A DNA stretch of 64,000 bases. Source: the human T2T-CHM13v2.0 reference genome, Homo sapiens. Shown here piece by piece: positions 1 through 13,133 of the stretch (position 1 is its first letter; the number at the start of each line of letters is the position of its first letter). A program made the translations under genes and the position numbers. The stretch is from NCBI RefSeq assembly GCF_009914755.1, contig NC_060932.1, one strand, 5' to 3'. The notes beneath the pieces are model-generated. The model did not search any database. It was given only the letters and a program-made list of their open reading frames with translations, and was not told the origin of the DNA.

Positions 1-2211
1 CATGAGGATGGAGTGTTTTTCCATTTGTTTGTGTGCTCTCTTACTTCCTTGAGAACTGGTTTGTAGTTCTCCTTGAAGAGGTCCTTCACATCCCTTGCTA
101 GCTGTATTCCTAGGTATTTTATTCTCTTTGCAGTGATTGTGAATGGGAGTTCATTCATGATTTGGCTCTCTGCCTGCCAATTGTTGGTGTAAAGGAATGC
201 TTGTGATTTTCACACATTGATTTTGTATCCTGAGACTTTGCTGAAGTTGCTTATCAGTTCAAGAAGTCTTTGGGGTGAGATGATGGGGTTTTCAAAATAT
301 AAAGACATGTCGTCTGCAAACAGTAACAACTTGACTTCCTCTCTTCCTATTTGAATAGCCTTTATTTCTTTCTCTTGCCTGATTGCCCTGGCCAAAACTT
401 CCAATACTATGTTGAATAGGAGTGGTGAGAGAGGGCATCCCTGTGTACTGGTTTTCAAAGGGAATGCTTCCAGCTGTTGCCCATTCAATATGATATTGGC
501 TGTGTGTTTGTCATCAGTAGCTCTTATTATTTTGAGATATGTGCCATAAATACCTAGTTTCTTGAGAGTTTTTACCATGAAGTGGTGTTGAATTTTATCG
601 AAGCCTTTTTCTGCATCTATTGAGATAATCATGTGATTTTGTCTTTGGTTCTGTTTATGTGATGGATTACGTTTATTGATTTGCATATGTTGAACCAGCC
701 TTGCATCCTAGGGATGAAGCCAAGACTTGATCATGGTGGGTAAGTTTTTTGATGTGCTGCTGGATTCAGTTTGCCAGTATTTTATTGATAATTTTCGCAT
801 CGATATTCATCAGGGATAATGGCCTGAAGTTTTCTTTTTTTCTTGTGTCTCTTCCCGGTTTTGGTGTCAGGACGGTACTGGCTTCATGAAATGAGTTAGG
901 GGAGAGTCCCTCCTTTTCGATTGTTTGGAATAGTTTCAGAAGGAATGGTACCAGCTCCTCTTTGTACCTCTGATAGAATTCAGCTGTGAATCCGTCTGGT
1001 CCTGGGCTTTTTTTTCGTTGGTAGGCTATTAATTACTACCTCAATTTCATAGCTTATTACTGATCTATTCAGGGATTCGACTTCTTCCTGGTTTAGTCTT
1101 GATAGGGTGTATGCGTCCAGGAATTTATCCATTTCTTCTAGATTTTCTAGTTTATTTGCATAGAAGTGTTTATAGTATTCTCTGATGGTAATTTGTATTT
1201 CTGTGGGGTCAGTGGTGATATCCCCGTTATCATTTTTTATTGTGTCTATTTGATTCTTCTCATCTTCCCTCTTAGTCTAGCTATCGGTCTATCTATTTTG
1301 TTAATTTTTTCAAAGAAACACCTCCTGCATTAAGATTTTTTGGAGGGTTTTTCATGTCTCTATCTTCTTCTTTTCTGATCTTAGTTATTTCTTGTCTTCT
1401 GCTAGCTTTTGGATTAGTTTGCTTTTGCCTCTCTAGCTCTTTTATTTGTGACTTTAGGGTGTTGATCTGAGATCATTTTAGCTTTCTGATGTGGGCATTT
1501 GGTGCTATAAATCTCCCTCTTAACAGTGCTTTATCTGTGTCCCAGAGATTCTGGTACGTTGTATCTTTGTTCTCATTGGTTTCAAAGAACTTCATTTCTG
1601 CCTTAATTTCGTTATTTACTTAGGAGTCATTCAGGAACACGTTGTTCAATTTCCATGAAATTTTGTGGTTTTGAGTGAGTTTCTTAATCCTGAGTTCTAA
1701 TTTCATGGCACTGTTGTACTGAGAGACTGTTTATTATAATTTCAGGTTTTTTTTTGCATTTTGCTGAGGATCATTTTACTTCCAACTATGAGGTTGATTT
1801 TAGAATAAGTGCCATGTGGTGCTGAGGACAATGTATACTCTGTTGATTTGGGGTAGAGAGTTCTGTAGATGTCTACTAAGTCTACTTGATCCAGAGCTGA
1901 ATTCAAGTTCTGAATATCCTTGTTAATTTTCTGTCTCGTTGATCTGACTGATACTGACAGTGGGGCATTAAAGACTCCTACTATTATTGTGTGGGAGTCT
2001 AAGTCTCTTTATAGGTCTCTAAGAACTTGTTTTATAAATCTGGGTGTTCCTGTACTGGGTGCATATAATTTAGTATAATTAGCTTTTCTTGTTGAATTGT
2101 TCCCTTTACCATGTTATAATGCCCTTCTTTGTCTTTTTTGATCTTTGTTGGTTTAAAGTCTGTTTTATAAGAGACTAGGATTGCAACCCCTGCTTATTTC
2201 TTTGCTTTCCA
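1..2211 (-). mobile_element. L1 (older L1PA), inverted ORF2 segment (endonuclease to RT); continues beyond window start
   Basis: Minus ORF 210-686 is L1 RT ([36 protein letters not shown]). Near 2170-2211 the antisense matches the endonuclease region (gagactaggattgcaacccctgc). Many stops and frameshifts. Confidence 0.95.
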
Positions 2212-3281
2212 AGGCAATTCCATTCAGGACATAGGCATGGGCAAAGACTTCATGACAAAAATGCCAAAAGCAATTGCAACAAAAGCCAAAATTGACAAAT
2301 GGGGTCTCATTAAGCTAAAGAGCTTCTGCTCAGCAAAAGAAACTATCATCAGAGTTCACAGGCAACCTACAGAATGGGAGAAAATTTTTGAAATCTAGCC
2401 ATCTGACAAAGGTCTGATATCCAAAATTTAAAAGGAACTTAAACATATTTACAAGAAAAAAACAAACAACTCCATCAAAACTGGATAAAGAATATGAACA
2501 GACACACTCAAAAGAAGACATTTACATGGTCAACAAACGTATGAAAAAAAGCTCAATATGACTGATCATCAGAGAAATGCAAATCAAAACCACGATGAGA
2601 TACCATCTCATGCCAGTCAGAATTGATTATTAAAAATCTAGAAACAATAGATTCTAATGAGGCTGTGGAGAAATAGGAATGCTTTTACACTGTTGGTGAG
2701 AATGTAAATTAGTTCAACCATTGTGGAAGACAGTATGGCAATTCCTCAAGGATCTAGAACCAGAAATAACATTTGTTCCAGCAATCCCATTACTGGGTAT
2801 ATACCCAAAGGAATATAAATCATTCTTCTATAAAGATTCATGCACACATGTTTATTGCAGCACTATTTACAATATCAAAGACATGGAACCAACCCAAATG
2901 TCCATCAATGATAGACTGGATAAAGAAAATGTGGTACATATACACCATGGAATACTATGCAGCCACGAAAAGGAATGAGATCATGTCCTTTGCAGGGACA
3001 TGGATGAAGCTGGAAGCCATCATCCTCAGCAAACTAACACAGGAACAGCGAACCAAACACCGCATGTTCTCATTCATAAGTGGGAGTTAAACAATGAGAA
3101 CACAAGGACACAGGGAGGGTAACAACACCCACCAGGGATTGTTGGGGGTGGGGGGTGAGGGGCAGGAACTTAGAGGACGGATCAATAGGTGCAGCAAACC
3201 ACCATGGCACACGTATACCTATGTAACAAACCTGCACGTTCTGCACATGTATCCCATTTTTTAAAGAAGATATATTAAAAA
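2212..3281 (+). mobile_element. L1 3' end (ORF2 C-terminus + 3'UTR), L1PA11-13-like; same insertion as 1-2211
   Basis: ORFs 2721-3090 match the ORF2 C-terminus ([17 protein letters not shown]). G-rich 3'UTR with gaacttagaggacggatcaataggtgcagc and a degraded A tail. Subfamily is from memory. Confidence 0.92.
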
Positions 3282-4795
3282 GGATAGTATCATCTGAAAA
3301 ATTTAGTTACAAAATTCTTGTAGAAAATGTATATGTACACACACACATACCCCCCATATATATATACACCACACAGATATTAGCATTATGATAATTTAAT
3401 ATAAATCACAGTATTTAAGAACAAATATGAATAGTTTAGATATGACCCTGGGCAATAGGCATTAGGAATTCAAGGAGAGTTCTTATTCTAGTGTTTCTAA
3501 ATCCTTTGTCTAATGAGTCTACCAACAGAGCCATTTATTTACAGGGAATTAAATGGAAACTGCTAAAGCACTCCTGATAATCTCCACCTGCTGTCCTATT
3601 ATTAAAGAGCCTTGGAGTACAGTGAAGTAGACAAACACACTCATCTTACGTATTTTATTTCTAGTATAACCTCATGGACTAGTGATACGTTTGCAGTCAT
3701 TTAAGAGGCTTTATGTAGCATGAAATACCAAAGAAGAGTGAAATCTGAATCATTATAAAACAAACCACAATACAGAGGTGAAAAGTACCATGAGTCTTAG
3801 CAGCTTTATTGTAAGAGTCCATTCAAACATTAGCATTTTCACAGTGCCAGGTGAATCCATCTGCAGGATACTGAAGTATACTGTCTGGTGCCTGCAGTTT
3901 GAGAACTGCTCATTATTAACTGGGTCATGATTCAGGACAGCACCCCAGATGCACCACTTCCAGCTTGTGCTAAAAGACGACTAGCCTCATTACCATGCCT
4001 GTCTCCTATGCACGCTCTCACTTACTTACCAAGTCATCATTTTTACCATCATTTCCAACCATGTCCATCATCTGTTGCCTATTTTAGACCTTATTTACTT
4101 TTTAAGTATACTCTAGATGTCCACTTAATCAGATTCTATGTGAATGTAAATGTTAGGGGCAGAAATGAAAGGACATTCATACTAATTAATTCGCAGCTTA
4201 GCACTATTCGTACTGCGAGGCTTTAGAAAGAATTTCTAGGCATGGCAAATCATATCTTCCTACTCCTCTTCAAGTGCAAGAAAAATGCAGCTCCTCCTGG
4301 AGAACAGTGGCAAAAATGAAATGTTTGTGGAGCCAGGCTATGTCCTTTCTTAAAAACAAGTTGACTTTAATTTCGCCTGGGTTGGACATGCTGATTAACA
4401 GAAACAGTAACAAGACCAGGGCCTTACAATGTTTTTCAGACCCTACTATCTGCAGAGGGAAGCAAGAAGAACCCTTTCTTACTAGGCTATCAAATAGAGA
4501 TTGGCTTTGTGAAAGTTTTCTTTTCCAGTCCAGGCAGATGAATGAGAGTGAAAAATATGAGGGTGATGAGAAGTGGTTTGTCTCCCCAACCCTGATACCC
4601 TCTAGAAATCTGCAAGGTGGACACTTGTGTTCAAATGTGGTTCATTAACAAATAAACTTGTAGTCTAAGAACATTGCTGTAACTCACTTCTACTTTTCTT
4701 TACAAGTTAAGGTGTGGAAATACCCTGGGGCTATCCTGTTTCATTACTTCTCTGAATCCACAGGGAACTTCTCCACTTAGAAATCAAATTTTTGA

Positions 4796-5093
4796 GGCCG
4801 GGTGCCGTGGCTCACGCCTGTAATCCCAGCACTTTGGGAGGCTGAGGCGAGCAGATCACAAGGTCAGGAGTCCGAGACCAGCCTGACCAACATGGTGAAA
4901 CCCTTTCTCTACTAAAAATGCAAAAATTAGCCAGGCGTGGTGGTGTGTGCCTATAATCCCAACTTCTCAGGAGGCTGAGGCAAGAGAATTGCTTGAACCT
5001 GGGAGGCGGAGGTTGCAGCAAGCTGAGATAGCATCACTGCACTCCAGGCTGGGCAACAGAGCAAGACTCCATCTCAAAAAAAAAAAAACTAAA
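4796..5093 (+). mobile_element. Alu, AluS (AluSg-like), full length
   Basis: GGCCGGGTGCCGTGGCTCACGCC start, two arms, A tail; TSD AAATCAAATTTTTG at 4781-4794 and 5094-5107. Confidence 0.95.
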
Positions 5094-5106
5094 AAATCAA
5101 ATTTTT

Positions 5107-5416
5107 GGCCAGCCACAGTGACTCATGCCTGCTATTACAGCTCTTTGGAAGGTTGAGGTGGGAGGATTGCTTAGGGCCAGGAGTTCAAGACCAGCCTGGG
5201 CAACATAGCAGGACTTCATCTTTACTGAAAAATACAAAAAGTAGCCAGGCATGGTGGTATGTGTCTGTACTCTCAGCTACTCTGGAGGCTGAAACAGGAA
5301 GATCACTTGAGAGGCTGAGTCTGCAGTGAGCCAAGATGGTGCCACTGAACTCCAATCTTGGCAACAGAGCAAGGCCTTGTCTCAAAAACCAAACCAAAAC
5401 AGAAAAAACAAAGAAA
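5107..5416 (+). mobile_element. Alu, AluJ-like, diverged
   Basis: ggaggattgcttagggccaggagttcaagaccagcctgggcaacatagc; small right-arm deletion; degenerate A-rich tail. Confidence 0.9.
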
Positions 5417-5814
5417 GGAAACTGAATTTTTGTGATGACCTCTGGTGGAAGAAAACTTAATAAGCTTTTATCCCACCTTCAACATATTCCTTAAAAGACA
5501 CATAGTTCATTCTTTCTGGTAGTTCTATTTGTTATAATGTTGTGTAATTTATAGCTGAAGACCATGTTTACAAATTTTGTGTATCATCATACATATCTCT
5601 TATTTCTAAAATAAATTAAAAGTCAAACGTTACTTTGAGGGCATCTCAAATTTTTGAGGCTAATCAGTTTGGTAACTTTTGGTAACTGAGGCTAATCTCT
5701 ATTAGAATGCTTCACAAGAAATCATTAATCTACTTTATCTGATTTTTCTTTTAATATAAAGGGAAAATGGTCTGATGATATAAAAAGATCTGAAAGCAAT
5801 GTATGAAGGGGAGG

Positions 5815-6065
5815 GAAGTATGGTAAAGTGCTGAAGAAGTCAGTGTCTGGGTTCTTACAGGACAAAATTCAAATCTCATCTCTGCCACTTACTAGTTATG
5901 TAACCGTGGGCAAGTTCCTCAACCTTGGTAATTTTCTATTGTTTATTCTGATCGATGGAAATACGAATAGCACCTCCCTTAGAGTCCACTGTGAGATTAA
6001 CGAAGTCATGCATTTAAATCACTTACCATAATGCCTAGCACATTGTAAGAACACAATGAATTACA
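5815..6065 (+). mobile_element. MIR
   Basis: MIR core ttcaaatctcatctctgccacttactagttatgtaaccgtgggcaagtt and 3' end atgcctagcacattgtaag. Confidence 0.75.
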
Positions 6066-6329
6066 GTGATAGCAATGTCAATATCAATATACTTGTGTTC
6101 CTTGGTTAAAAGTCTGATAATGGGCACTATCTCTAAATCGCTTCTGTGTTTTCCTTGTAGCATACAAAGAAAAATACACTTCCAGAAGATCTTTCTCACA
6201 TACATATCTGAAGAGTCATCGTATTTAATAACCTCCTTCGTTGTACACACCGAACGGCATATTCTTTGGGTGATAACAGCTTGCTGTGTGGGATTTGGGT
6301 CTCTTTTTGCCTTAGATGTTGGTCTGATA

Positions 6330-6480
6330 CTAGCCCCACCCCCCAACAGCCGGGCTCCTGGCGGAGGTAGTGGGTGGAGCTAACGAGACATCTAGTACGG
6401 GGCTCACAGGTAACAGAACTCTGATCAGATCCGCCCCGGCTCCCACACAGCTATAAGGTTGCCTGCCTGCCTGCACAGAA
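6330..6480 (+). promoter_or_regulatory. OXR1: Promoter/5'UTR-like GC-rich patch of the OXR1 alternative first exon
   Basis: Local CpG/GC enrichment in AT-rich DNA; CCCCACCCCC (KLF/SP-like, ~6334-6344) and GC box CCGCCC (6431-6436) just upstream of the ATG. The TSS cannot be located from sequence alone. Confidence 0.6.
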
Positions 6481-6506
6481 ATGACGAAGGACAAAAACAG
6501 CCCAGG
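6481..6506 (+). CDS. OXR1: Oxidation resistance protein 1, alternative first coding exon (MTKDKNSP-G, phase-2 donor)
   Basis: ATG ACG AAG GAC AAA AAC AGC CCA GG|GTAGGT. Purine at -3, in-frame upstream TAA at 6454-6456, good 5' splice site at 6507. Peptide matches the recalled human OXR1 N-terminus MTKDKNSPGLKKKSQSVD. Confidence 0.88.
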
Positions 6507-7924
6507 GTAGGTGGGATCTATCAGCCTCCATCTGTTGTTACTTCCTGTGTTATGAAGAAAACGTTTCCTAGTTCCATTATAAAATAGCTCTCTGATTTCT
6601 GTGCAAGTGAGAAATCAAATCTTTGTGTTTATGGGACCAAACAGATGGATTTCTGTTGCCATTTGGTTCCTGGCGAAGTGGGACCGTGAACAAGGCAGAC
6701 TGCCGAAAACATAGGTACTAAAGAAAGGGAAAACCCTTCTGATATGTTTGCTGTGCAGTATTCATTGCATACGATCCCTTTCAAAGTCATAGTTCTTCGT
6801 ATTTTTAAATGCTGTTTTTCCTAATTTCAGCTCGGCACCACCTATCGTTTATGAACACAGTTTTATTGTTTGGTGTAAGCGGTTTTAAATGGCTTAGAGA
6901 GATAATCATAATTTGTATTCTCAATTAAAATATATTAAGCACATATATTTCAGTATGTTGTATTCAGCTTAAATATATTATTTAAAATAATCTAAAATTA
7001 CTTGAAAAAAACAAAATCATGAAAAATGTTGTCTATATTATTCTGTGAATAATAGTTTCAACCACTTAATATTTTAAACTAATAATAGCATAGGTCTAGC
7101 AACAAAAAATAATTATTGGAAATTCTTACTTTCAGTTGTTACCGGCATAGACCTCATTACAGGAATAGGCCTCATTGCCCTTGGTAGATGACCAGGTGCT
7201 CTTTTAGAAAATCAGTTAAAACAAAAGTGCAGAAATCTACCACCCCCAGAAGCAAACTACCTTTACTCATGAATTCTCATTATTCCTGACTGTAAGAATG
7301 CATTTTCTTTTTCGTTATTTCTGTCAGGTATAGATAACATCATTGATGTTGTTAACATCATTTAAATTTCAAGATTATATTATGCTCTTATATAATTAAA
7401 GCTATTTTGTTCTCTGGTATAAAGTTTATAGGTGGGCAGGTAAGAAAAACACAATTTTTGAAAGTTGAGTACTTAACCAGATTACTTAATTAGCACCCTC
7501 TTCTGCCTGGCTTGACATTTATAGTTAATCATGAATTTGCATCTTGGAAGCCAGAAAACAACAATTATCTGGAAACTTAATTTAAAAAATATAAATTTTG
7601 CCTGACTTATATTTTAGGGGTTGAAATTGCCTTGTTAAGAATTAACCTCCCTCAGCTGATGTTACCCCTCTGATCACTTTTGACTCTTCGTTTAATTATA
7701 AGTAAATAACTTGCAGTGCTTCTTGCCTCCCTTCCATCAATATTTAAACAAGGAAAAGCATTCATAGCTGTGAGCCAAATGCAGCTAGCTACATAGAATA
7801 TGGTTTAGTCACAGAACCAATAGAATTACCAGAAACCTCAGCAAGTTATTCCTTTAGAAGTAGTCCCAGATACAACACCACTTCTACTCAAAGCCAAAGT
7901 TATTGTTGAATGTAGGCTACACAC

Positions 7925-8075
7925 TGTTCTGTATGCTTTGCCTGTGTTAACGGCATCATCACAACCACTCCTGCAAAGTCTGTATTGTTATAATTCCCAT
8001 TGTAACTGATAGCATACTGAGATAAGAAAAGAGTAAGCAAATTATCCAGCTCCACGCAGCTAGTAAATGATGATG
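7925..8075 (-). mobile_element. MIR
   Basis: Antisense MIR core: cccattgtaactgat...actgag...tccacgcagctagtaaatga. Confidence 0.6.
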
Positions 8076-11000
8076 GTAGAGTCCACAGAAGCTTGGTAAT
8101 AGATTTCTTAAAAATTAAAATAAATCCAATCCCAAATTACTTGTTTAAAATTCCTTTTACATTTCCTTCATTAGATATTCAAATTACAAAATATGTACAT
8201 ATTGATACAAATAAAAGAAAAATCTTAATGATGCCACATTAAGAGGATTTCTTTTACTTTTTTGTCTTTTAATTTTTTTTTGCTGTCCCTTGGAGTCAGT
8301 AGGGGCCACATCCCCTTTCTAATCCTACTCTCTGGGCATGGAGAGCACTTTCACATTTTTCTTCATGCTTGCCACATGTATGCTGTCTCACAGGCATGCA
8401 CACTTTTAAACAAAAATAACAATATAAACATTACTCTGAAACTTGATATTTCATGAAGTCATATATCATAGTGCTTACTCCAGGCCAGTAAAGTTGTAGT
8501 TGAGCTTTGCATTGATGCATAATATTTCATGTGATGAATGAATCATAATTTATTCATGCAATGATGGATGTTCAGATAAGAGAATGATCAATTCCTTGAG
8601 TGTTTTAAATAGACACCTGACAGAAAGAGTGAAATGAGCTAGGTGCTTTTACCAAAGCTAAGGTCTGCTTATGAAGACGTTCCTCATAACGCTGCAATTT
8701 CTTAGTGATTAAGTGATCAAAATTATGTCTGGATACCTCCCAAGTACACATTTCTTAAATTACTCCATATCACCTGAAAGAATGTGGTGAATCTTTTCAT
8801 GTTTGTCCGTGTGCTATTTTCAGTTTAGATTCTTTGTAGCAAAGTGGAAGGAATTGGGTACATTTAATATTAAATTTTTGTTGTTGGAAAGGGAAAAAAA
8901 CACTAAATTATTGCAGTTCTAAATTATGGTTTGAAAAGGAAAAGCAAAAGCTATCAAAATACGAAGCAGGAAAAGAGAGGCAGCTCTGAAATCAACACAT
9001 TGCCTAGGACATTCTCCCTAAGAGTCTGCTCTTCTTGGCTGATGCAGCAGCAGTGCACTGTACACAACAAACTGCCAGTCCCAAACTCCTTGTAGTGCCA
9101 ACTAGCATTCCAAGTAAAACAGAGCAGACCTTTTAAAGCCACCTAAGTATCTCTTGAGCATAGGAGTATGATTCCTTAAATGCTCTTATACTTTCATTTT
9201 ACAGAGCTCTGAAAGAGGGTGCTTTTTTTTTTTTTTAAGTTTTAGTTTTAAGGCAAAGCAAAGCTTTGGCACCGATTGATAATTTGCCTGTGCACCTCAG
9301 AAAAGTAATTCCTTTCTTAAGAACAAACAGCTTATCTAGTCATTCCCCTAACTTTTCTTGCTTCTAGAACTGAAGCAAATTTGCTAATTTTGTAGTATTC
9401 TGTAAAGCAGCAAACTGTGATATTCAGTGAAGTTCTCACTGCAAATTGGGAACCGAGAAAGGATATAACACATCCTTTGCACTCCTATAGAACCTATCAA
9501 GGCTAAAGATGTTGAGCCTGACTCTCTTAACAGCTCCAGTGTCTGAAATAAATATTCTAATGTCTAAATGAAATTGTGCTCATTCCCTCAGGGTTTAGTG
9601 TAAAACAATATGCTCTTGAGGTGAGGACAAGAAGGCCGTCACCTGAGCATGTGAGTTTTCATGTTGATACTCTGAACATTCCATTCTAGACTACCTGGAA
9701 TCAAGGACCACATCTGAGTGTGTTATACTTGCAAACAGTTTGGCTTATTATCATTGCAATTGGAAATCTTACAAGCATATATACTGGCTCTAATATATAT
9801 TTTATTTATACAGATGAATTATGCCCATTTAAAAACAAAAAAGTTATCTGTAGAATACATTATAGTTTTCATTCTTATACATGGATCAGAATAGAGTTAA
9901 GAATGTGTTCTTTTAGCTTTGCCATTTTAAGCAATTTTGTATATACATAATCATTCACTTGGAAGCCAGTTCAGTTTCAATTTATATAATGATTGTTTTT
10001 AATTTAGAATAACAGGAAATTTTCTTTTTTCTTTCAAATATTAGTTTTGATGATGTTGAAGTATGCTGGTTGAAAACTTTATGATTTTGAAATAGCGCAG
10101 AGACAGGCATTACGTTGCTTGATATAGTATAAGATTTTGATTGTTTTCTAGAACATCGTCTCTGTTGAGATTAGCAATAGAAGTTTTAAGTATTCTGCAT
10201 ATATTTCCAATTTGGTTCAACATACATTTCTTTAGCTTTTATTTTTTGCATGTCCCTTGACTTTTTTTAAAATAAGAATATTCAAAAATGAATAAAACAT
10301 GATTCCTGCTCTCCAGAATTTTACAGGTTAGTGGGTGAGACTGAGAGTTACATGCTTAAAAACAAATGTGTGTAACAGCAGGAACGCTGCTACTGCTCAA
10401 ACAGTAGGAAGTTAAAAACACGAGAACGTGAGATGATTTGGGGAGCGGGAGCATATTTGACTAAATGTCCACTGTGTGCTCAGTTTGGGGTCCCAGAGGC
10501 TAGCCGACATATTGTATGCAGGACACATGGAACATAGTCTAGCTCCTAACTCCATCTGCATTTGGTTTCTGTCTGGTAAGCTCATGTGTAATTACAGACT
10601 CAGGACAAAGAGGTGGTTAATTCTTCAATGGTAAATTAAATATGATACAAGATGGAAACCGAACTCCACAAATATCCAGAAGAGAAGCATGATATTAGCT
10701 GAAATTTTTATTCCATTGCATTTTCTTAAATCTGTGAAATCCATGTAAGTCTGAACTTAAAGACAGCACTATCTTTTAATTTAGCCTATAAAAATTTCAG
10801 CAAACCAAAATGTTTGTTAAAATAACCATTAACCACATATATATCCAAATATTCATTATATATATAAAATTTCTTTAAAATATCATGCTCAGAAATAGAG
10901 TAAGTTTTAATTAACAGGAAAATTGTTTCATATCTTGTTATCTTTACCAAAAATTAAAAATCACCACCAACAACATTCTGTATCTATGGATACCTTTTCT

Positions 11001-12313
11001 TTCTGTTACGTCAAAGTGCATCATGGAATTATTCTGAAAATAGGGCCACCTGCTCTATTTGATATTGGACTTTTAAAGAAACAAAAGTTTAACTTGGTCA
11101 CCAATTTACTGTTCCTGGAATTGTACTTTATGAGAACATTTCAAATTAATTGCATCCTTAAACTGGGGTCACATTTGAAATCTTGTCCTTTGCTTTTTGT
11201 TGTTTGTTTTGAAACTTGTTGAAAATTCTTCCCAGGATTCTTTCTATGTGGAATCCAATTTACAGTACATTTTAAGGGCCTTTTTAAAAAACATAAAATG
11301 AAACATAGGCAATCCTTTAGTGGATCTGTCCTGTTTTAGGACTAAATTGATATCTTTTAATAGATGTAAGGCCTTTTGGATTATCTGCCCCGAACTTCTC
11401 CCACTATTGATAGGCATCTTGTACTAAGCCATAGCCATATATTGAAAATTGCCCCAAATGTGCTCTGCTCTTTCTCACCTCTTTGTTTTTGCACAAGCTT
11501 ACCTCTGCCCAGGATGCCCTTTCTTGCATCGTAGAAGAATGTACAATGACTTCCTTGTACTACTTCCTCAAGTGCCTGGTCAGATGTGACTGCCCCTTGG
11601 AGATCTTTTCCATCTCCAGTGGTGCTGTGCACTTCGAGCTCACCCAGTTGGCTTTACTGCACATAATCACATTGGTGTCATCACATCACCCATGGATCTC
11701 TCTCTCCCTCACCTGGGAAGACTCTTCTTTGTATTCCCTGGGCTTAGCATGGTGCCTTGCCCTAAGTGTTGGGCTAACCAAAGGTAAAGTACATGGACCA
11801 CTTTGAAAATGAAAAATATGTTTGATGATAGAATAGCTCTCAAATGCTTTAGTATATTTCCATCAATGTGAAGGCAGTTGAAATTGTCTGCTGGATTTCT
11901 TTGATCATGAACTATGAGCAGTAGGAATCATGTTGATTAAATTCTCTTTTTTCTTTCTCTGCCTGTGACCATGCCTTAATTCAGGCACTCATTATCTCTC
12001 ACACAAACTATTTCAAGACTTTTCTAACTATTCCTCCTACCACCAGTTCCTTTTCCTGCCTTCTCTCCTATATGCCACTGCTAGAGCTAACTTCCCTCAA
12101 AATGTTTCTGATTGCATCACTCCTATTCTTAAACTCTCATGGTGGCATCCAATTATAATACATAGTCCAGGCCTTTCAGCCATAATTCAGGACCTGAGCC
12201 TGTAAGCACTGTAAGATGTGAGACATTGTCATGTTTTCCTCACTGTTATCCCCCCAGCATATAGCATAGTACTTGGCATAGCCTAGGTGCACAATGCACA
12301 TGGGCTGAGTAGC

Positions 12314-13133
<820 letters not shown>

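Noticed and set aside
4812-5397. ORFs over Alus (also 12672-13055, 45436-45771, 48681-49022)
   Set aside because: Typical Alu-translation peptides ([17 protein letters not shown]); not genes.
5646-5660. 15-bp match tcaaatttttgaggc to 4784-4798
   Set aside because: AT-rich, overlaps the Alu start, and does not bracket a coherent element; plausible by chance.
6035-6383. Overlapping 103- and 105-aa ORFs just upstream of the OXR1 ATG
   Set aside because: No recognisable domain, they abut or overlap a MIR, and they do not match OXR1; consistent with chance.
6452-6456. TATAA as a TATA box
   Set aside because: It would put the TSS at about the ATG, leaving no 5'UTR; more likely within the UTR. 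Cannot be resolved without CAGE data.
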